DNA of 45,676 nt from Nemertoderma westbladi (Eukaryota; Animalia; Xenacoelomorpha). Positions 38,233-45,676 of the stretch are shown here, one piece after another (positions within the stretch are counted from its first letter, which is position 1; every line of letters starts with the position of its first letter). The notes beneath the pieces are model-generated. The model had not been told where the DNA came from, did no database searches, and was given only the letters and a program-made list of their open reading frames with translations. The DNA lies in contig JAUCBJ010001290.1 in assembly GCA_032718475.1 (NCBI GenBank), positions 1 to 45,676 on the forward strand. Direction: 5' to 3'. Position numbers and translations under genes: made by a program.

Positions 38233-40002
38233 AAATCCGTATTTTACACTCCATTCCGGATCCAATAAAACTTGGTAATTAATTAACGTAAATCCGTGTT
38301 TTACACTCCATTCCGGATCCAACAAAACTTGGTAATTAACGAAAATCCGTGTTTTACACTCCATTCCGGATCCAATAAAACTTGGTAATTAACGTAAATC
38401 CGTATTTTACACTCCATTCCGGATCCAATAAAACTTGGTAATTAACGTAAATCCGTGTTTTACACTCCATTCCGGATCCAATAAAACTTGGTAATTAAAG
38501 TAAATCCGTGTTTTACACTCCATTCCGAATCCAATAAAACTTGGTAATTAATTAACGGAAATCCGTGTTTTACACTCCATTCCGGATCCAACAAAACTTG
38601 GTAATTAACGAAAATCAGTGTTTTACACTCCATTCCGGATCCAATAAAACTTGGTAATTAACGTAAATCCGTATTTTACACTCCATTCCGGATCCAATAA
38701 AACTTGGTAATTAACGTAAATCCGTGTTTTACACTCCATTCCGGATCCAATAAAACTTGGTAATTAAAGTAAATCCGTGTTTTACACTCCATTCCGAATC
38801 CAATAAAACTTGGTAATTAATTAACGGAAATCCGTGTTTTACACTCCATTCCGGATCCAACAAAACTTGGTAATTAATTAACGGAAATCCGTGTTTTACA
38901 CTCCATTCCGGATCCAACAAAACTTGGTAATTAACGAAAATCAGTGTTTTACACTCCATTCCGGATCCAATAAAACTTGGTAATTAACGTAAATCCGTAT
39001 TTTACACTCCATTCCGGATCCAATAAAACTTGGTAATTAACGTAAATCCGTGTTTTACACTCCATTCCGGATCCAATAAAACTTGGTAATTAAAGTAAAT
39101 CCGTGTTTTACACTCCATTCCGAATCCAATAAAACTTGGTAATTAACGAAAATCAGTGTTTTACACTCCATTCCGGATCCAATAAAACTTGGTAATTAAC
39201 GTAAATCCGTATTTTACACTCCATTCCGGATCCAATAAAACTTGGTAATTAACGTAAATCCGTGTTTTACACTCCATTCCGGATCCAATAAAACTTGGTA
39301 ATTAAAGTAAATCCGTGTTTTACACTCCATTCCGAATCCAATAAAACTTGGTAATTAATTAACGGAAATCCGTGTTTTACACTCCATTCCGGATCCAACA
39401 AAACTTGGTAATTAACGAAAATCCGTGTTTTACACTCCATTCCGGATCCAATAAAACTTGGTAATTAACGTAAATCCGTATTTTACACTCCATTCCGGAT
39501 CCAATAAAACTTGGTAATTAACGTAAATCCGTGTTTTACACTCCATTCCGAATCCAATAAAACTTGGTAATTAATTAACGTAAATCCGTGTTTTACACTC
39601 CATTCCGGATCCAACAAAACTTGGTACAGTAATTAACGAAAATCCGTGTTTTACACTCCATTCCGGATCCAATAAAACTTGGTAATTAACGTAAATCCGT
39701 ATTTTACACTCCATTCCGGATCCAATAAAACTTGGTAATTAATTAACGTAAATCCGTGTTTTACACTCCATTCCGGATCCAACAAAACTTGGTAATTAAC
39801 GAAAATCCGTGTTTTACACTCCATTCCGGATCCAATAAAACTTGGTAATTAACGTAAATCCGTATTTTACACTCCATTCCGGATCCAATAAAACTTGGTA
39901 ATTAACGTAAATCCGTGTTTTACACTCCATTCCGGATCCAATAAAACTTGGTAATTAAAGTAAATCCGTGTTTTACACTCCATTCCGAATCCAATAAAAC
40001 TT
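38233..40002. repeat. 53-bp satellite, right segment (about 33 units)
   Basis: Same unit and variants as 34742-36223, continuing in register after the insertion. Confidence 0.98.
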
Positions 40003-41739
40003 CCCTGCAAACCAGAAGTATCCGAGGATTAATTTTGTATTTGAAATTTAATGCTGCTAAAAAGTTGTGCAATAGTGCAATGAGACAAATTATTTGAGAA
40101 AAACCCAAAATTTTACATTTTAATATTGAAATAATCTAAAATAATATTAAAATACTAATATTAAAATTCAGATAGTGAAATGACATTCAGAATACATTCG
40201 AACAGCAATGTTTATTATTTAACACATATAATCGCAACATATTTTGAATGATATTCTAATACTATATTCCATACTATTGATATTATAATGTATTTCCAAT
40301 GTTATCGAAATGTTCAAATCAGAATATTTTCATTGGAAATGAATTTACATTGGGGATGAATCATAGCATTGTTATAACAATGATGCGAAAAGGTTATTCT
40401 CACGTTGTTTTTCGAATGTTGGCGGGTCATACTTCAACTGCTTTGAATGACAATATTATTCTAATGTTATCCTAATGTCATCTTTATTAGGCCCTGCTGT
40501 GGTACAGAACTTTGCACGTGAATCCCCATTGTTTTCATTATCGTTATTGTCCAGTCCTTGCCAGTGCAGATTGTTTAACACACCTACTCAGTGCATCCAC
40601 ATGAACCAAATGTGTTCATGTTTTGGTTTTCCTGGACCGTAACTTACAGTACATGGATGTTTTTCAGTACGGTTCCATACAGCCATACCTACAGTAGGCC
40701 TACACCCCTACAGATATATCAGTCCTAATGTGCGGTTGTCAATGAGACCAATAAGGCATGTGCCACAGAGACCACGCACGAGATCCGAAAGGCCGCTTGC
40801 GTTTTAGTTACAGTACAGTAAATATCTAAATATTGTTAAAAAATTTTTTGCACAATAAACAAACTTCGAGAGGGGGGCGGGGTGGGTGTTTTGCCTGTCA
40901 TGCCCCCTCCTCTACATAACATTGTTCACTCCTTGGTGGAAATAAAGGAGGAAGGAGGAGTTGAAGAGTGTCCAAGGAACTTTAAAAATAATGGAATGGA
41001 TTCAAGGAGAGACTCTTCAGTCAGAGTTCCTGTTCCCCGACCAGCCATGTGCCATGTTTTAGCCAAATGGGAAAAGGCCCTAAAGGAGAATAACACTGGC
41101 ACTGGCAAAGTATAAGGTGAGAATGATAATGGCATCTTTATCCTTTTATCCTATATGGGAAGTCGAATTTGACATTAAATTATTTAACAAATTGAGTAAA
41201 ACAGAATCAGGAATTGTACAGATTACTACAATACCTTCGGGTAGTAGCTATCGTAAGGGGAGCCTTCGGATCGCTCCCGGCTTCAGCCGACTGTTTGCTT
41301 TGCTCGATACGTTCTCGAAACGTATTCTTTTGATTTCTTATTAATTGTTCTAGATCAGTAATTAATAATTTTTATTAATGTAATAATTGTTTATATATTT
41401 TAGCATTAAAATGTTAGTAAGCGAGGAGTTTTTTCTAATCTTTGTAGATTGACGAATTCTCCAACTTCTCACAATCACTATCGGCTGCGAGTTTTGCCAT
41501 CTGTGCACGATGGATGGAAACACATTCGCCGAGAAATATGCAAAAACCGCTAGACATGCCATCGGGAAAATTAATCGTTCTAAGATGTATTAAAGGTTAG
41601 ACAATTTTTCATATTATTTGTTACATACTGATATGGAATTGTTACAGTATAATACGCCAGTACACATATTGTTACAGTACATATAGGCTACGCCGGTACA
41701 CATACAGTACATTGACGCTAATGCAAGTTGGCATATGAC

Positions 41740-42420
41740 ATTTATTTATTTATTTCTAACATTTATTGACACATTGTGGGGCCTTCGCGCAGCACGAAAG
41801 TCTATAAGAAAGGGTACTAATCTCTATTAGATAAACGGAAACCGTCATTTCCAAGATATCAATCAGTGATGCATAAACTGGTTGTAAAAAGCAGAGGTCC
41901 ATTTCAGTTTAGCCTTACACGCTTTTTAACTATTTAACTTGACTTGAGTATTTAACCTGCCTTAACACGATTTATAGAAGATGGATACTTGTATCCACTA
42001 CAAAACTTGTTGCATTCGTCCTATACAACCTGGTCACCAAATATATGCCTTAAAACATTCCTTTGGCAATATTGGATAAAGTGTCAACCGTCTAATATGC
42101 TAAACCAGGTTGTTTACGAGTTATTTTTAAAACTCTCGTCTTAATTACAACCCTCGTTGCACTCGTCCTGTACATCTGATCACCAAATAACTAGCATAAG
42201 ACATTCCACCACCGGTGCTATCAAATTGACATATCGTCCAATATTCTGTACTAAAGCTTGCAAGTATAGTCAACATAATACTAGTCTCTTCATTAGCTCA
42301 TCCTGAAGGCCCCACGCAAATTCTAATCGGAAAATTTATAAACTTTTACCAAACAACATGTACGCGCTTTTGAAGACCTTTAGCAGTTTAACCTGCCAAA
42401 ATTTATATGTCTTTTGATTT
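41740..42420 (-). mobile_element. Decayed CR1/L2-group LINE 3' end
   Basis: (TAAA)n tail at ~41741-41755 on the - strand, an adjacent GC-rich block, and degenerate PVVE...RVQR RT C-terminal fragments present twice (~42007 and ~42155). Confidence 0.4.
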
Positions 42421-43494
42421 ATAAATATACTTTAGAAGATGACAAATATTTAATACCAATAAACACAACATTAGCAGAAGCCAGCCTAGTGCGCGTCCAT
42501 TCACCCGCTGGATAGTCCCGGGAGACTGGATTCTGAGGGCTTAGATTATTATTGCAGTGAAGCTTACTGTATTGTATTATTCGATTGATCGTTAATAATT
42601 AATTTCTGACTAATATTATTCACTTTCGGGAAATATTAACAGTTCCTTTAGGACGTGGCGCTCTATCTAAGTAAACAGAGATATGACTTATACTAATCAC
42701 AACGGTAAGTCGGTAAGGCTTATGATTCACGTATGAGGCGCATTCTTTAGGAAATGCTTAGTTATCAGTCACAATCATGCACACTACCGGTAACACACAA
42801 TACTGCTCACTAATTTGCCGACCGTCAATGAATTTTATCATATATAGAGAGAACAGCAACGGACCAATGTAGTGCTTATCAAATAGCATTAAATTCACTA
42901 CAAACCACGATAACATAAGTCGCAATTGTTATATATATAGCCTGTCTCTCTAACCTGTAGTGTATCAAGAAAATTGGGAAATTAGGGTTCTTTATACATG
43001 TTCTCCAAATAATATTCAACCAAAACACAACAGTAAATAGCATTAAGACGGTAGGTTAAGATATGATATGACAATGTACTGATATGGACCGATATGTGAG
43101 TTGTTATGAACCGATAACAGTTATACGCTCTATAATCTTAAGCCTACTAATGTTTCTTCTAAAGTCTGAAACGAATTGACTCTAGAGCCGTTGTTCCTGG
43201 CCTAGATAGCAATAACACAAAGTATCAAGTAAAAACAGTAAGACTGAACACTCTCCTTATGATCGGCCGAAAAGCTACACGTCGACAGGAAAAATCGCTC
43301 TGATTGGCTCAAGCCAAACAAAGAACCATGCGTCCAATGGCTGTTTCCATGTCAGCAACCAGCTGTTAGATGTCGTAATATGAATCATCACGGCTAAGCT
43401 GTGAAAGGTATTTGGTGCATTGCAGGTTTTTTGCCTTACCATGTCCGCTAAAACACGTATATAGCAGAATGACTTTTATGTCCGTTAAAACACC

Positions 43495-45416
43495 TGTAAC
43501 GGTACCTTGCGGGCGAGGGGAATATATATACAGTTAGAGAACCTTTTTAGAGTATTCCAGCGCCTGGGGGGAAACTGGATTGCGAAGCAAAGGGGCCAGT
43601 TATATCCCACAGAAGCTTTTACGCCGCTCCCAGAAAATGGGATTTGAGTCTATAAAATATACAAAATCACAGTTTCTAATATATGTAAATACTCTAAACA
43701 GTTAGTCTTTCTTGCGCGGACGGCGTTTACGCAGTTTTTAAAGCTAGCCAGAGTCCTTTTCTCTTTGGGGCGAGCCACTTTACAAGAAGGGCCACAACTC
43801 CCGGGTGAAGGGTGAAATATGATTGCATCAGAGGGTGTAGGATTATGGTCGGTGTATCCGCCAGTCGAAGTACCGGGTTGATTGACATCAACGTCAGGGG
43901 AGAGGGGTCTAACGGCTTTGAGAGCTCGTTTCAAGACAGCCGCTCTTACGGGTCCTTTACGAGTGGTCTGAACGAGGGCCGTGGGTGGACCATAGGCAGT
44001 TAGAAACCTCTGGGGTTTAATGGTCCTTTCCAACTCGCGTTCGCGGGCTCGGTATTCGTAAGGCCGTCGATATACTTCCTGCAACTCAGGGTGTGAGTTA
44101 ACAAACAATTCTCCATAGTCCGGATCCTGACGGATATGATTGATTAAGTTATAGGAATGAAGGTCGCTAGGATTAACACTCCTGAGAAATTTGCGTACGA
44201 ATTTGGTTGAAATACATTCTCCGATGCGCTTCAGTAGCTCGTAACTTGATATGCGTGATTTCTGTTCAACCGAAGCGAATAGATAAGGATGTAACGCATA
44301 AACTCCTTCGTAAGCGCGTCCGGGATAATAGCGATGGCGCGAATCACAATGTAAATCAGTGTTCGCTTCCCAAGCTCTGATGTAACGTAGTGTGATCATT
44401 TCATCTACGCTTTCCAAATCGTGATTAAAAGGTTAATCGAAACTGGCATGTCCCTTTAGTTGACAATGGTGACATTGAGTCATAAATTGAGGGCAAACCG
44501 CAAAAATGTGCAAATTATTAAATCTGCAATACGCGCAATAAATTTCCATCGCCGGTTGTTCGTGGAAATAGGAACAGCGGACGTTTGTGCCCATGGGCGT
44601 AACATGGTCTCTCGATGCGCATAACCGACAACGTTGCCGAGAAACATAGTTGGCATGGCGATAATCGTACGCAGTGAGACACTGTGGACCTTGATACCAT
44701 TCTAGGATGTAATCGTTGTCGCTGTTCCGAGCGCGATAGGCTGAATCTCCTCAGATTCTAGACATATTGGTTCGTCTTCCCAGTCTGTTACGAATAGAAT
44801 TTTCGTGATCTATTCTCGGTTTATCGTTACGACGCCGCTGGGTATGATATTTAAATAGAACCATTTCCCTTTCGGTGTCTACATCGTCCGTATCATGTAA
44901 ATCGATAGGATGGCCGGTAGTTAGGAGGTCCATATACGTATTATTACGATGCGTATAGCGAGCGGTGAATTTTCGATAGTCCAATTCACGCGTAAGTTGC
45001 TCTTGGGACGTCGGCGGTTCGATATAACGACCATCGTCCTCCGTAATGGTTGGATCGGTTTCACCGCGTATCAAGCTATCCACAAATGCTTGTAAAGGTA
45101 GAGTATATCGCTCCCTGATACCAAGATCATCTTCTATCAACTCCGTCATATCTGCTATCTGAGTTTGTTAATATCGAAATGAGTTTATGTTTAGGCGAGC
45201 GGACGTCGCTGCCTACCTCTCTTTGCCCCCGGACAGTGGGATCCTCAGCGCCGATGTACCGTTGTCGCGGTGTTTACGCCAACATGTAGCAACAGTACGA
45301 CAACGATAACCGGCACAAGTCACTCCACTGTCCGTCCCAAAGGCTTGAATCCACTTTAGGTTCTTTCTATAGGAGAGTTGGGTTACTTTCACAATTGCGA
45401 CTAGCTACTGTAAACA
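43495..45416. mobile_element. 1922-bp TG...CA element with a 4-bp TSD (candidate Gypsy-type solo LTR)
   Basis: CACC|TGTAACGGTA...TACTGTAAACA|CACC with an imperfect terminal inverted repeat. GC-richer than its flanks. Confidence 0.65.
43650..45149 (-). pseudogene. Single 499-codon frame with two in-frame stops, encoding three CCHC zinc knuckles (gag/ORF1-like)
   Basis: The 132-aa and 255-aa track ORFs share one frame. The gap translates GDSAYRARNSDNDYILEWYQGPQCLTAYDYRHANYVSRQRCRLCASRDHVTPMGTNVRCSYFHEQPAMEIYCAYCRFNNLHIFAVCPQFMTQCHHCQLKGHASFD*PFNHDL. Stops are TGA at 44751-44753 and TAA at 44433-44435. Confidence 0.85.
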
Positions 45417-45633
45417 CACCTTAGCAGTAACATTCACCTACAAACGCACAAATTCCACACAACTGTCACCAATTGTACACATACAGGCCATTTGTCTGTT
45501 AGTCAGTGCCTTCCAGAATGTCACGTTATTACTGTGTATCCTTGGATACTAACAGTGTGCTATATTCTCTATGCTATGCAATGGGACAAGCTTTCTATTG
45601 TTCTTTTAACTTGCTTCTAATTCTAGCATGGGT

Positions 45634-45647
45634 GTTGCTATGGTGAC
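45634..45647. promoter_or_regulatory. RFX X-box consensus match
   Basis: GTTGCTATGGTGAC matches the palindromic X-box. Any target gene would lie beyond the window. Confidence 0.35.
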
Positions 45648-45676
45648 ATTATGGAATGCTAGCGGTAGAATTAGGG

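Noticed and set aside
34742-40002. CRISPR array (also considered for both 39-bp arrays)
   Set aside because: The units are head-to-tail with no unique spacers, there are no cas genes, and the context is eukaryotic.
40003-40490. CCC-ended DNA transposon with aatgtt/aacatt repeats
   Set aside because: The internal motifs are suggestive, but no convincing terminal repeat pair or TSD could be defined.
32960-41562. Short 60-100 aa ORFs in AT-rich and repeat DNA
   Set aside because: They have no recognisable motifs, many use non-ATG starts, and most lie within transposon or satellite sequence.

Overview
AT-rich eukaryotic nuclear DNA, most likely from an invertebrate animal, with no prokaryotic features. 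It carries four intron-poor protein-coding genes: an intronless GAPDH (- strand), a single-coding-exon 540-aa protein with a divergent SARM1/TIR_2-like TIR domain, a two-exon GC-rich mitochondrial D-lactate dehydrogenase (LDHD), and a 144-aa secreted Cys-rich orphan. The rest is repeats: a (GACT)n-bearing non-autonomous Helitron, a Penelope-like retroelement remnant flanked by inverted tRNA-containing repeats, a ~10-kb 39-bp minisatellite with higher-order structure (the source of all giant ORFs), RTE-X-like and CR1-like LINE relics, a TA-flanked MITE, a Nin-domain SINE, a 54-bp P-type palindromic element, and a 53-bp satellite interrupted by a 2-kb Sola-like element. The most unusual object is a 1.92-kb TG...CA element with a 4-bp target-site duplication (TSD) that looks like a solo LTR but is about 78% filled by one 499-codon reading frame encoding three CCHC zinc knuckles. 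The ORF track splits this frame because of two in-frame stops. All family assignments come from motif recognition by eye, not from database searches.
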